Positions 7,907 through 18,659 of a stretch of DNA of 64,000 bases are shown here, in pieces. The notes beneath the pieces are model-generated. The model was given only the letters and a program-made list of their open reading frames with translations. It made no database searches and was not told the origin of the DNA. This DNA is from an uncultured Ruminococcus sp. (lineage in GTDB: Bacteria; Bacillota; Clostridia; Lachnospirales; Lachnospiraceae): assembly GCA_904418845.1 (NCBI GenBank), contig CAJFQC010000010.1, positions 2,329 through 66,328 on the forward strand, read 5' to 3'. A program made the position numbers and the translations under genes. The number at the start of each line of letters is the position of its first letter. The stretch's first letter is position 1.

Positions 7907-9535
7907 CTACAGCATTTCTTTATACTGCTCTGCAATATTAAGAGTGTGGTCTCCCATTCTTTCAAAATCCGTCAATATCTCAGAGAATACAATACCACTC
8001 TGCGGCTTACATTTTCCTTTCTTTAAGCGCTGAAGCTGCTTCTTAAAATACTTGTCCCGCATATCATCGTTCTTCTGTTCCATAACAACTGCCTTGGCAA
8101 GGACTTCGTTCACATTCGCTGCCGTGACATCCCTTACATTATCAAGCGCTGTCATGCACTGCCGCTTCATCTCTCCAAGTTCCTCCAGCACATTTTCCGA
8201 GAACTGCTGATCCCATTTCTTCATATCATCGGCATATTCCAGCAGATTTACCGCATGGTCGCCGATACGTTCCAGATTGCTGATAATCACATAGTAGCCA
8301 TTGATCTGGAGTGAATCTGACATAGACTTCTCACTTGTCATAAGTGACACGATATACTCTGAAATCCCTTTGTTCAGATAATCTATGTACTCCTCCCTCT
8401 CATTGATCTTCGACTTGAGTTTGTCGTCGTACTGGATCAGAATATCAAAAGCATCTGCGATATTTTTGGACACCATGCCAAGCATGCGCCCTACTTCGTC
8501 GCGTACCTGAGATACAGCCATCGCGCTGTGTCCGATCACATAAGAAGTCTCAAAAGGGCGGATGTATTTGAGCCGCAGTTCCTCGTCATCCGTCTTCTTG
8601 CTGTCCGGAAGAATATGTACCGCTGCGTTTGCCAGAGTAGTGCCAAACGGAAGAAGAAGAAGTGTCGTCACAATGTTGAATATGGTATGTGCGTTTGCAA
8701 TCTGCGCCACCGGATTGCCCGGGGTAAGCGACTCGACCATCTCCACATACGGTGTGGTCATACATACGATTGTGAATATGACAGTGCCGATCACGTTGAA
8801 CAGCATATGGATAATCGTTGTCCTCTTCGCATTTACCTTAGTACCGATAGAGGCAAGGACTGCCGTGATACATGTTCCGATATTCTGTCCAAAAAGCACA
8901 TACACCGCGCTGGAAAGCGGGATCATGCCTGTGGAGGCAAGCGCCTGGAGAATACCGATAGAAGCAGAAGATGACTGGATCAATGCTGTAAAGAGCGCTC
9001 CGACCAAGATACCAAGCACTGGATTGCTGAACTTCGTCATCATCGCGATAAACTCTTCAGACTCTTGAAGCGGAATCATTGCCGCGCCCATCATGTCCAT
9101 GCCCATGAACAAGATACCAAGCCCGGCGAAAATGCTGCTGATATGGTGCACTCGATCGTTTTTGACGAACATAATCGCCCCCACGCCGCCGATGGCGAAA
9201 ATCGGAGCGATGGCCCCCATGTCAAGGGCAATGAGCTGTCCGGTGATCGTTGTACCGATGTTTGCGCCCATGATGACCCATACCGCCTGTTTCAGAGTCA
9301 TGAGCCCTGAGTTTACGAAACCAACGAGCATAACCGTCGTCGCAGAGGACGACTGGATGACCGCAGTGATGCCGGCGCCTACCAGCACGCCTTTCACACG
9401 GTTTGACGTCAGTTTCTCAAGAATGGCCTTCATTTTATTTCCCGCTGCCGCTTCAAGTCCGTTGCTCATCATCTGCATTCCATACAGGAAAAGCGCAAGA
9501 CCTCCGAACAGAGAAAGCACGTCTGTTATTCCCAT
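7907..9535 (-). CDS. Na/Pi cotransporter family protein with C-terminal PhoU-like domains
   Basis: GLALFLYGM, two QSSSA repeats, GANIGTT/GQNIGT, ERIGDH/ERMGDH PhoU motifs. Confidence 0.95.
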   Translation of the reverse strand: MGITDVLSLFGGLALFLYGMQMMSNGLEAAAGNKMKAILEKLTSNRVKGVLVGAGITAVIQSSSATTVMLVGFVNSGLMTLKQAVWVIMGANIGTTITGQLIALDMGAIAPIFAIGGVGAIMFVKNDRVHHISSIFAGLGILFMGMDMMGAAMIPLQESEEFIAMMTKFSNPVLGILVGALFTALIQSSSASIGILQALASTGMIPLSSAVYVLFGQNIGTCITAVLASIGTKVNAKRTTIIHMLFNVIGTVIFTIVCMTTPYVEMVESLTPGNPVAQIANAHTIFNIVTTLLLLPFGTTLANAAVHILPDSKKTDDEELRLKYIRPFETSYVIGHSAMAVSQVRDEVGRMLGMVSKNIADAFDILIQYDDKLKSKINEREEYIDYLNKGISEYIVSLMTSEKSMSDSLQINGYYVIISNLERIGDHAVNLLEYADDMKKWDQQFSENVLEELGEMKRQCMTALDNVRDVTAANVNEVLAKAVVMEQKNDDMRDKYFKKQLQRLKKGKCKPQSGIVFSEILTDFERMGDHTLNIAEQYKEML

Positions 9536-9755
9536 TCCTTTTTCTCCTTTGCATAATTCAATTTTTTGTCAGTATACTATTTTTATTGTGAACTCCTTTG
9601 ATGATCTGCACTTTGACGCATCATCCTAAAATTAACACGCTGTACTCAGACGTGTCAATCAGATTTTACTTTTTTCTTATATTTTCTTTTCCTGCTTTTA
9701 ACAATACGTCCTGAGCGCCGTATATCAGAACTGTTATACAGTTTCTCATCATCTA

Positions 9756-9784
9756 TTGAAATGCGCATTTTATTCTGATAAAAT
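9756..9784 (+). promoter_or_regulatory. SigA-type promoter of the pduL operon
   Basis: TTGAAA-17 nt-TAAAAT with extended -10 TG. Confidence 0.55.
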
Positions 9785-9809
9785 CATGGACATGAGGAAG
9801 TGAAAGAAC

Positions 9810-10451
9810 ATGAGTTTAAAAATACCGATTGAAACCTCTGCACGGCACATCCACATCACACAGGAGGATTTTGAAACTTTATTCGGACCCGGAACCAAGC
9901 CCACATTTTCAAAAGAATTAAGTCAGCCCGGACAGTATGCCTGCAAGGAAAGACTCACTGTAGTCGGACCGAAGGGCAGATTTGAGAAGGTCGTTATCCT
10001 CGGCCCATACAGGAAGGAAACACAGGTGGAGATCTCAGTGACAGACGCACGCCGCCTCGGCATCAAGAGTGTAATCCGCCAATCCGGAGACATAGAAGGC
10101 ACGCCGGGATGTACTCTTATCGGTCCTAAAGGAACGATCGAGCTGTCCAAAGGTGTCATTGTCGCCAAGCGGCACATCCACATGACTCCCGTGGACGCGG
10201 TCCGCGCTCACGTCAAGGACAATGATATTGTGTTCGTCATCACCACGAGCTATGAGCGTTCGCTCATCTTTTCGGACGTGGTCGTGCGTGTCAGCCCGTC
10301 ATTCTCTCTTTCCATGCATGTGGACACTGACGAGGCAAATGCTTTCGCAAATGAAGAGAATCCCACAGGCGTAATCTTGAAGCTCTTTAACGGGCATACA
10401 TACAGTCTCCAGAACTGGGCCGATGAACTCCAGTCAGGCATCAGCCGCTGA
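9810..10451 (+). CDS. pduL: Phosphate propanoyltransferase / phosphotransacylase PduL
   Basis: SARHIH, KELSQPGQYA, RQSG..EGTPG, RHIHM, MHVDTDEANA motifs. Confidence 0.9.
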   Translation: MSLKIPIETSARHIHITQEDFETLFGPGTKPTFSKELSQPGQYACKERLTVVGPKGRFEKVVILGPYRKETQVEISVTDARRLGIKSVIRQSGDIEGTPGCTLIGPKGTIELSKGVIVAKRHIHMTPVDAVRAHVKDNDIVFVITTSYERSLIFSDVVVRVSPSFSLSMHVDTDEANAFANEENPTGVILKLFNGHTYSLQNWADELQSGISR

Positions 10452-10520
10452 GTGTTCCCGTGTGACACGGCGCCCATATACTGGCGCTGTCTGAAAAGAA
10501 AAAGAAAGGATATTCACCTT

Positions 10521-11438
10521 ATGTTCGTATTAATATTCGAGCAGCTAATGAAGATGTTCTTCATCATGCTGCTCGCCTTCGTGTGTTACCGTCTCAAACT
10601 TGTAAATCAAGAAGGGAACCGCTCCGTTTCCAACCTTCTCCTTATGGTCGTCAATCCTTTTGTCATCCTGACCGTATACCAGACCGACTATGATCCTGAG
10701 CTGGTGCACGGGCTTCTGCTGGCGTTCGCCGCCGCGGCCCTTACACATATTCTCGGTGTTTTTGTGGTCACCATCCTGATCCGTCCTAAAAACGGCCCGG
10801 ATTATTGTATTGAACGCTACAACGCTATGTACTCTAACTGCGCTTTCATCGGCATTCCGCTGATCAGCAGCGTCCTCGGGGACACAGGTGTCTTTTACCT
10901 GACCGCGTATATGGTCGTGTTCAATCTTTTCACATGGACACACGGAGTCGTGCTCATGGAGAAAAGATGCTCCCTGAAAAACTTAAAGGAAGGCCTTTTA
11001 TCGCCCATGTTCATTGCAACGATCCTTGCGGTAGTCTTATTCTTCGTCCAATTTAAGATCCCGGACGTACTTTTAGATTCCATGACTTATGTAGCTGATA
11101 TGAACACACCGCTTGCAATGATGGTAGCAGGCTTCTCCGTGGCTCAGGCTGACCTCACAAAGATGCTTCGCAATATGAGACTTTATGCAGTCTGCGCCAT
11201 CAAGCTGATGATAATGCCTTTGCTCCTCCTTCCATTCCTCATGCTCATGCAGCTTCCTCAGGCGGTGTCTCTCACCACTCTCATTGCCACAGCTTGTCCT
11301 TCAGCGGCAACAGGAACCATGCTGGCAATACGTTATAAACAAAACTATACTTATTCCTCAGAAATATTTGCACTGTCTACTGTGCTTTCCGTCGTTGCGA
11401 TCCCTGTAATCGTGATGATCGCAGAGCGCTTTCTTTAA
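10521..11438 (+). CDS. AEC (auxin efflux carrier) family transporter
   Basis: SNCAFIGIPL motif and about 10 TM segments; start moved to the ATG after the AAAGGA RBS. Confidence 0.9.
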   Translation: MFVLIFEQLMKMFFIMLLAFVCYRLKLVNQEGNRSVSNLLLMVVNPFVILTVYQTDYDPELVHGLLLAFAAAALTHILGVFVVTILIRPKNGPDYCIERYNAMYSNCAFIGIPLISSVLGDTGVFYLTAYMVVFNLFTWTHGVVLMEKRCSLKNLKEGLLSPMFIATILAVVLFFVQFKIPDVLLDSMTYVADMNTPLAMMVAGFSVAQADLTKMLRNMRLYAVCAIKLMIMPLLLLPFLMLMQLPQAVSLTTLIATACPSAATGTMLAIRYKQNYTYSSEIFALSTVLSVVAIPVIVMIAERFL

Positions 11439-11500
11439 TAATATACCAGAACAGCTTTAATGTGCCAGTTCCGTTATAACATTTTGATGTGTCAGTTCAT

Positions 11501-11549
11501 AAAAAGAGCGCCGGTCTTAAAAGTATTTCCGCGAACCGGCGCTCTTTTT
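11501..11549. terminator. Bidirectional intrinsic terminator
   Basis: Perfect 15-bp inverted repeat AAAAAGAGCGCCGGT...ACCGGCGCTCTTTTT between convergent genes. Confidence 0.9.
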
Positions 11550-11588
11550 ATGTATCTTTACACTGATGTGCCAAGAATAAAACCAAAA

Positions 11589-14500
11589 CTACTCAACGCT
11601 CTTTAACGATTCTACCATATTAATCTTCTTTAACTTAAAGTACATAGCTCCATTTACCAGACAGGAGAACGCTGCTGTCAGCAGGAAACCATATACAAAG
11701 CTGCTCACGTCAATATTTCTCCCGAACATAACGTTTTCGATCTCCACAGTAACGATAATGAAGCGGTGCAGAATCTTTCCAAGCACCATACCAAACAGCG
11801 AGCCAAAAAAAGTGAGCACGATATTTTCCCTATACACATACGCACAGATTTCATTGTTGTAGAAACCGAGCACTTTTAGAGTAGCCAGTTCTCTCTTTCT
11901 TTCTGTGATATTGATGTTGTTCAGATTATACAGCACAACGAAAGCAAGCATTCCCGCGGACATGATGAGCACCACGATAACAATGTCCAGAGAACCGAGC
12001 ATATCATCTACCTGCCGCCTCATATCTGTCGTATAGCTTATGCTTAAAGTGCCGTCATGCTTAAGCACCGTCTCTCCGACCTCTTCTGCCTCTTCGGTTG
12101 TCCGTTCTATTGTCTTGTAAAACATACAGTTGTAATCAGGGATCTCGCCATACACTTTTTCATAATATCCGGGCGTCATGTAAAGATAATGCCCCATATA
12201 GTTTTCACACACTGAACTGATCTTTACGCTGAGATCACCCTTGTCCTCATCACGTATCACTATACTGTCTCCGGCTTCTACTTCCAGCTCTTTTGCCATC
12301 TTCTCTGTCAGAATAGCGCCGTCCTCACTGAGCCGGTACTCTTCACCTGTGATCCGGTCCTGAAGAACGACAAATTCGGAAAATCCATCCACATCTTCCG
12401 GCACATCAATATAAACGTCATGCCACTCATCATTATTTCCCAGCGTGATCTGAGTAAGGAGTCCTTCCGCTGACCCTGACACATTTTTATCCGACTGAAG
12501 AACCTTCAACAATCCTGCACGCTCTTCCTCTGTGATATCTTCCTCGAGTATAATGTTCCCGTCATAGAGCTGGATCTCCCCATACTGGATATCAACAATG
12601 GCAAAAATCGAATCTTTCAGACCGAATCCGACCAGCATCAATGCCATACAGCCGCCGATACCAAAAATCGTCATGAAGAACCTTTTCTTATAGCGAACCA
12701 GATTCCTTATGCTCGCTTTCCACGAGAAATTCAGGCGTTTCCATATGAAAGGCGCTCTCTCAAGAAGCACCCTCTGTCCCTGCTTCGGCGTGGGCGGGCG
12801 CATCAGTTCAGCCGCCTGTTCCTTCAATTCGTTAAAGCATGACATAAATGTCGCTGCCAACGTACATGCCAGCGCGGCGGCGGCAGCTCCAAGACCGTAC
12901 TGGATATTATATGGAATGGACAATTCATTCATATACGGGAACATGATTCCATATGCGTTGATTATAATATACGGAAAAACCTTCTCCCCGAATAAAATGC
13001 CCACTGTGCTTCCTGCTACCGTCGCCAAAAGAGCATATCCCAGATATTTTCCTGCTATAGAGTGTCTCTCATAGCCCAGCGCTTTGAATGTACCAATGAG
13101 CGTTCTCTGCTCCTCTACCATCCTTGTCATTGTTGTAAGACTGATCAACGCTGCCACAAGGAAGAAAATGACAGGGAACACTTCCCCAATAGCTTTCATC
13201 CTATCTGCATTATCACCATACGACGTGTAATCAGGAAGATTATTTCTATCGTATACATACCACTCTGGTTTTTCCAGTTTCTCTAACTCCTGTTCCGCGG
13301 CGGCGAATTCCTGCCATCCTTTATCAAGATCAGCCCTTGCATCTTCAATCTGTTGTTCACCGTCCTCAATCTCGGCCCGGGCTTCAGCTTCGCTCTCATA
13401 GTATTCCTTCCAGCCGTCGTTGACCTCGTTCTGAGCAGCCACCAGTTCAGCCTGTCCTGTCTCGATCTGACCGGCGGCATCCTGAAGCTGCTGCTGTCCG
13501 CTCTCCAATTGTTCCCACCCGCTGTTAATCTGATCCTGGCCAGATATAAGCTGTGACTTTGCGGCATCTATCCGGGCCTGTCCCTCTCCGATAGCTGTCT
13601 CTGCGTTCTGTATCTCAGCATACAGCCCGCTCATCATCCCAAGCGTGTAGTCGTCTGTCTGACCGCTGGCGGCGAGTGCATTATACTGTTCTTTCACCTC
13701 ATTTAACTGTTCAATCTGTTCATTTAAAGTGTCAATATTGGCATTTAGCTCTGCCTGTCCCTGATCGATCTCCTCCTGTCCGTTCAACAGCTCCTGTCTC
13801 AAAGTCTCCATCTGCTCCTGCGAGGATATAAGCTCTGCTTTTGCAGATTCCATCTGACTTTTTCCGTTGTCGATCTCTGTCTGCGCGTTTTCCAACTGCT
13901 TCCTGGCATCGGTCAGCTCTGCCTCGGCCTCGGCTTTTCCTTCTTCCAGCTCCTGCTGTGCGACGACAAGCTCCTGCTCCCCGTCTTCCAGCTCCGCCTT
14001 CGCCTCCTTGATCTCTTCCTCTGCCTCAGCCAGGACTTCTTCATAACGGGCTTCTTCCCGTTCTTTCTTAATAGCTTCCACATTATCCAGCGCTTCTGCC
14101 ACTGCATCGTCATAGGCATTGGTAAAAGCTGTCAATTCCTTAGCCCCTTTTACCTGTGCGTATATCTCTGTATATACATCAAGGGTAAAACTCTCCTCAG
14201 GCACGCAGATGAACGCGGTAACACTTCCACTTCCAATGGTCGTGTTCCCTCTCTGAAAAGAAATATAATTGGGGCTGCTCACCGCGCCTGTGACGGTAAA
14301 GGTATCCCCTGCAAGTGTATCTGTGATCTCGTCCTCAGTCCCGCTCAAAAGTGTGATCTTATCCCCGATCTCTATCTCGCTCTGAGACAAATAATCCGCA
14401 TCCACTGCGCACTCATTCTCTGCCTCAGGAAGTCTTCCCTCTTCAAGCTGCAGCTGGTTCATCGTCGGCAGCATAGACATGACATGGACTACGATCTGGC

Positions 14501-14801
14501 TGTCGCCATCTGTGCAGAGTGCGTCCACGGAATACCCGCCCTCTGCATACGCGATGCCGTCCACCTCTTCTATGGCGCTGACGTCATCTTCCGTAAGACC
14601 CAATGTACTGATCACCTGTATATCCATCAGATTCTTCGCGTCAAAATAGGCGTCGCCCGAATATCTCATATCAGGTTCTGAAGCACGGATACCGGAGAAA
14701 AACGCACATCCAATGGCAACGATAAAAAAGATAGACAGAAAACGTCCGAGACTGCGCCGGATCTCCATATAAAAGTCTTTTCTCAAAGCCTGTTTCTTCA
14801 T
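11589..14801 (-). CDS. FtsX-like ABC transporter permease with a long coiled-coil extracellular region
   Basis: FPVIFFLVAALI..TTMTRMVEEQR, ERKRELATLKVLG; heptad E/Q-rich stalk. Confidence 0.92.
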   Translation of the reverse strand: MKKQALRKDFYMEIRRSLGRFLSIFFIVAIGCAFFSGIRASEPDMRYSGDAYFDAKNLMDIQVISTLGLTEDDVSAIEEVDGIAYAEGGYSVDALCTDGDSQIVVHVMSMLPTMNQLQLEEGRLPEAENECAVDADYLSQSEIEIGDKITLLSGTEDEITDTLAGDTFTVTGAVSSPNYISFQRGNTTIGSGSVTAFICVPEESFTLDVYTEIYAQVKGAKELTAFTNAYDDAVAEALDNVEAIKKEREEARYEEVLAEAEEEIKEAKAELEDGEQELVVAQQELEEGKAEAEAELTDARKQLENAQTEIDNGKSQMESAKAELISSQEQMETLRQELLNGQEEIDQGQAELNANIDTLNEQIEQLNEVKEQYNALAASGQTDDYTLGMMSGLYAEIQNAETAIGEGQARIDAAKSQLISGQDQINSGWEQLESGQQQLQDAAGQIETGQAELVAAQNEVNDGWKEYYESEAEARAEIEDGEQQIEDARADLDKGWQEFAAAEQELEKLEKPEWYVYDRNNLPDYTSYGDNADRMKAIGEVFPVIFFLVAALISLTTMTRMVEEQRTLIGTFKALGYERHSIAGKYLGYALLATVAGSTVGILFGEKVFPYIIINAYGIMFPYMNELSIPYNIQYGLGAAAAALACTLAATFMSCFNELKEQAAELMRPPTPKQGQRVLLERAPFIWKRLNFSWKASIRNLVRYKKRFFMTIFGIGGCMALMLVGFGLKDSIFAIVDIQYGEIQLYDGNIILEEDITEEERAGLLKVLQSDKNVSGSAEGLLTQITLGNNDEWHDVYIDVPEDVDGFSEFVVLQDRITGEEYRLSEDGAILTEKMAKELEVEAGDSIVIRDEDKGDLSVKISSVCENYMGHYLYMTPGYYEKVYGEIPDYNCMFYKTIERTTEEAEEVGETVLKHDGTLSISYTTDMRRQVDDMLGSLDIVIVVLIMSAGMLAFVVLYNLNNINITERKRELATLKVLGFYNNEICAYVYRENIVLTFFGSLFGMVLGKILHRFIIVTVEIENVMFGRNIDVSSFVYGFLLTAAFSCLVNGAMYFKLKKINMVESLKSVE

Positions 14802-14810
14802 CCGTTTCTC

Positions 14811-15515
14811 CTACCATTCTATCTCATCGATGGACATCGGATTTACATTTAATTCCATTTGAGATACTTGTCCGTTCTTGATATGTATGAGACGGTCCGC
14901 CATAGGCGCAATCGCCTGATTATGCGTAATCACGATAACTGTCATCCCGCGCTCCCTGCACATATTCTGCAAAAGCTTCAATATGGCCTTTCCCGTATTA
15001 TAGTCCAGCGCTCCTGTAGGCTCGTCACAGAGCAGGAGCTTTGGATTCTTTGCCAGGGCCCTTGCAATGGACACCCTCTGCTGCTCCCCGCCCGAGAGCT
15101 GCGCCGGGAAATTGTCCAGCCGGTCACCCAGTCCCACTTCACAAAGCACTTCCCGCGCGTCGAGCGGATTCCTGCATATCTGGAGTGCCAGCTCCACATT
15201 TTCAAGAGCAGTCAGATTTGGTACCAGATTGTAGAATTGAAATACGAATCCGATATCTTCTCTCCGGTATCCTGTCAGCTGCTTTGCATTGTACGCCGTG
15301 ATTTCTTCCCCGTCCACAGTCAGAACTCCGTCTGTGGCGGTATCCATTCCACCGAGAATATTGAGCACCGTCGTCTTTCCTGCTCCGCTGGGGCCGACAA
15401 TCACAACAAATTCGCCTTTATTGATAGAAAAATTGATATTGTCCGCCGCGCGGATCTCCACCTCTCCCATCTTATAGACCTTTGTAATGTCCTGTAATCT
15501 CACGAACTCTTCCAT
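14811..15515 (-). CDS. ABC transporter ATP-binding protein (LolD/MacB-like)
   Basis: [28 protein letters not shown]. Confidence 0.95.
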   Translation of the reverse strand: MEEFVRLQDITKVYKMGEVEIRAADNINFSINKGEFVVIVGPSGAGKTTVLNILGGMDTATDGVLTVDGEEITAYNAKQLTGYRREDIGFVFQFYNLVPNLTALENVELALQICRNPLDAREVLCEVGLGDRLDNFPAQLSGGEQQRVSIARALAKNPKLLLCDEPTGALDYNTGKAILKLLQNMCRERGMTVIVITHNQAIAPMADRLIHIKNGQVSQMELNVNPMSIDEIEW

Positions 15516-15664
15516 ATGTATACTCTCCCAAAACACGCTCTCTTATAAAATCAGGGCGGATACCAGTATCCGCCCTGTCTGATCTCCTTCCCTATATTAT
15601 AACATGATAACTGCACATTTTCTGTGTTTTTAAACTAATTTCAGAATTTTTTATAACAGTGTCG

Positions 15665-16903
15665 TCAGCCTCTGTTGAGCTTCGCAGCATACCTGAACAG
15701 CACCAGCCCGATCAGAAACATAACTGACAGAGCACTCACCCCGAAATTCACGCTTCCCGTCACCTGACTTAAAAATGACACCAGCGCTGTACCGAGCACG
15801 GAAGCCCCTTTACCGCAGATATCATAGATGCCGAAGTATTCCCCAGATTTATCTGCGGGAATGATCTTGGCGAAATACGATCTGGAGAGTGCCTGTATCG
15901 TCCCCTGAAACATTCCCACAAGGACGGCAAGTATCCAGAAATCAACCTGGCTGTCCAGCCAGTAAGCATATACCGCGATGCAGAAATATGCCGCAATACA
16001 GACCGTGATGATATTTTCTGCTTTGACCTTCTTCACGAGTCTGCTGAAGATGAGCACTGCGGGAAATGCTACGATCTGCGTCACCAGAAGAGCCAGAAGA
16101 AGACCTGTACTGTCCAGTCCGAGAGCCTGACCGTATGCCGTAGCCATATCAATCACTGTATACACGCCATCAATATAGAAAAAGAACGCCAGCAGAAATA
16201 TAAAGATGTGTTTGTCCTTCACCAGTTCTACGAATGTATATCCAAGACGGCGGAAACTGTTTCTGACTACATGTGTCCCCGCATCTACATAATATCTCTG
16301 CTTATAGGAACACAGAAGCGGCACGGAAGAGCCCAGCCACCACAGCGCCGTGATGATAAACGCAAGTATCATCGCAGTCTGCATCCCGATTCCGATGGAA
16401 TCTGCACCGAGCACAAGGACAAGGCACGCTACAAATGGGATGCAGCTTCCGATATAGCCCCATGCAAACCCATGGGAGGATACAGAATCCATACGTTCCG
16501 GCTCTGTGACATCGGTAAGCATGGCGTCATAAAATACCAGACTTGCCGAATATCCGGTCTTGGCAATGATAAATACGCCCAGGAACCAGAGCCACGACGA
16601 CAGAAATCCCAGCAGAACACAGCCAAACACACCCACACCCATGGCGATGGTAAAGATGATCTTCTTAAAATTCTTCGTGTCCGCCACCGCTCCCAGCGTG
16701 GGGCCTAAGAACGCCACAAGAAGCGTACAGATAGATGTGGCATATCCCCAGTATGCCAGATAGTCCACATCTGAGATTCCTGCGCCTCCTGCAAGAGAGT
16801 TAAAATAAATAGGGAAGATGGTGGCTACCATCATAGTAAAGGCAGAATTCCCCACATCATAAAGTACCCATTTCTTCTCGATCGAAGTCAGTTTGAATTT
16901 CAT
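15665..16903 (-). CDS. MFS transporter (UMF1-like)
   Basis: WVLYDVGNSAF, 12 TM segments, QALSRSYFAKIIP. Confidence 0.88.
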   Translation of the reverse strand: MKFKLTSIEKKWVLYDVGNSAFTMMVATIFPIYFNSLAGGAGISDVDYLAYWGYATSICTLLVAFLGPTLGAVADTKNFKKIIFTIAMGVGVFGCVLLGFLSSWLWFLGVFIIAKTGYSASLVFYDAMLTDVTEPERMDSVSSHGFAWGYIGSCIPFVACLVLVLGADSIGIGMQTAMILAFIITALWWLGSSVPLLCSYKQRYYVDAGTHVVRNSFRRLGYTFVELVKDKHIFIFLLAFFFYIDGVYTVIDMATAYGQALGLDSTGLLLALLVTQIVAFPAVLIFSRLVKKVKAENIITVCIAAYFCIAVYAYWLDSQVDFWILAVLVGMFQGTIQALSRSYFAKIIPADKSGEYFGIYDICGKGASVLGTALVSFLSQVTGSVNFGVSALSVMFLIGLVLFRYAAKLNRG

Positions 16904-16995
16904 TGTTCTTTCTCTCTTTCCTAATTTCTAACTTTAAACACGTCCGCCTGGAACCAGTTCCCCCCTATGCTGTTCCATAAACACTGATACTTAAA

Positions 16996-17817
16996 TTATA
17001 CCTTGAGATTCTCCCAGTCATCTCCGGCACCAAAGGTCCTGTGGAAACGCTCCGGAAGTTCAGTTCCCTCAAATAAGGCTTTCTGATAACGGATAATCAG
17101 TCCTGCCGCCAGCGGAACTGCGCCTGAATACAGCTTTTTTAGAAACTGACAATACTCCCTGCATTCCGGATTAGGCTCAAGACTCATAACCATTCCACTC
17201 ATTGATTTATACATGCCCGCAATCTTCATTCCGCCGAAAAGAACCTTACGTTTAAGCATTCCCGGCGCATGGAGCAGCTTATGGTAAAAAATCATTCCCT
17301 TCAATGTTTTTTCTATGTTCTCCGCTGTAAGTTCCTCATAAAACGGCGCAATAACCTCTCCATTCTCTCTGCTTGGATGGATGTGCCCTGTCGCCAGATA
17401 ACGAACCGGGTTGATATAGTCTCCCTTTAACAGAAAACGGTCAAACTCCATCTCAATCTCCGAATGGCTGATACCTCTGGTCTGTATCATTTTCTCAATA
17501 TACGGATGGCACTCGCTGTCCAGCGCGAAATGGCAGATGACCCCATAGATATATGCCCGCGCAGCTGCAGGATTCTGAGCACTCTTCACCACATCCAGTC
17601 CGTGGAGGAAAAACTTGTCCGCCATCTTATCGTGCAGTCCATATCCCTGTGCAGTCACAGGATTTTTCTTTATCGGATTATAATAAAAGAGAATGTCCGG
17701 GCCGTGAACGCCGATATCAAAGAGCTCCCTGTTGTTCTCAATGGCGCTTTGCAGCGGACGTGGAAGTGCACTTATGACCTCTTTTCCGAATTTGTAATGT
17801 GCGTATGTTGTTGGCAT
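16996..17817 (-). CDS. Zinc-dependent phospholipase C family protein
   Basis: N-terminal MPTTYAHY, GVHGPDILF, CHFALDSECHPY. Confidence 0.8.
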   Translation of the reverse strand: MPTTYAHYKFGKEVISALPRPLQSAIENNRELFDIGVHGPDILFYYNPIKKNPVTAQGYGLHDKMADKFFLHGLDVVKSAQNPAAARAYIYGVICHFALDSECHPYIEKMIQTRGISHSEIEMEFDRFLLKGDYINPVRYLATGHIHPSRENGEVIAPFYEELTAENIEKTLKGMIFYHKLLHAPGMLKRKVLFGGMKIAGMYKSMSGMVMSLEPNPECREYCQFLKKLYSGAVPLAAGLIIRYQKALFEGTELPERFHRTFGAGDDWENLKV

Positions 17818-18054
17818 TAATGTCCCTCTTTTCTGTTTTTCTGACCTTCCCCGTCCAAAGACAGGAAATAATCCCTCTGGTTATTTATTATCACATACAC
17901 AGGAGAAAAAATCCAGATATATAGATAGTCTGAATGTTAATTTTTTGTGAGATTGTGTTTAAACCTTGACTTTTTACTGTTCTCCTCCTATATTAGGTAT
18001 AGTATAGATGACTGTGCATATAATATCATGCATTATCTGTCATTCTTATATCTT

Positions 18055-18397
18055 GGGCTTGTACTGGTTTCGACAGGGATCTTGAAGATGGAGAAGCTAT
18101 CCGCAGGCTGATGCGTCAAATCGCAAATCTAAAATTAAACGCTAACGACAATTACGAATTAGCTGCAGCCTAAATGCTGCATGCCGCCTCTAAGGCACTC
18201 ACACCATAGAGATCCGGCATCAAACATGTGAGAAACGATGACGGCAAAGCTTTGAGCCGTCAGGCGTATCATGAAGCTACTGAAACCGCAAGGATGTCAG
18301 TTTTCCGTGCGGCGGAGGGAATGAAAAAGAACTGACTATGATAGTAGAAGTACATGGGATAGGTTTTTGGACGCGGGTTCGATTCCCGCCAGGTCCA
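18055..18397 (+). ncRNA. ssrA: tmRNA; tag peptide (A)ANDNYELAAA* at 18141-18173; CCA not encoded
   Basis: 5' GGGCTTG pairs with 3' CAGGTCC including G3.U70; T-arm GCGGG-TTCGATT-CCCGC; tag reading frame ends LAAA-TAA. Confidence 0.97.
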
Positions 18398-18609
18398 TAA
18401 TCAAGGGGAACAGCGAAAATCTGCTGTTCCCCTGCAACGAGATCGGCCGCTGTGCGGCATCCCACTGAATGAAAACGGCGTATGTCCAAAATGTGGTTAT
18501 AGAAAACGCTGATCCTATGGGAAAGCCTTTAATATATGCTATTACAAAAAGCCTTTACTTGTGCGCAGACTTTTATTCTATAGTGGGCTGCGCCCTATAT
18601 TATATAAAG

Positions 18610-18659
18610 AAAAGAGGAGACATCTGAATTTATGCAGCCATTCAGATATCTCCTCTTTT
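18610..18659. terminator. Bidirectional terminator between ssrA and the tRNA pair
   Basis: AAAAGAGGAGACATCTGAAT...ATTCAGATATCTCCTCTTTT inverted repeat. Confidence 0.85.

Noticed and set aside
13280-14060. E/Q/A-rich quasi-repeats in the FtsX permease as a novel repeat
   Set aside because: Ordinary heptad coiled-coil stalk, common in this permease family.
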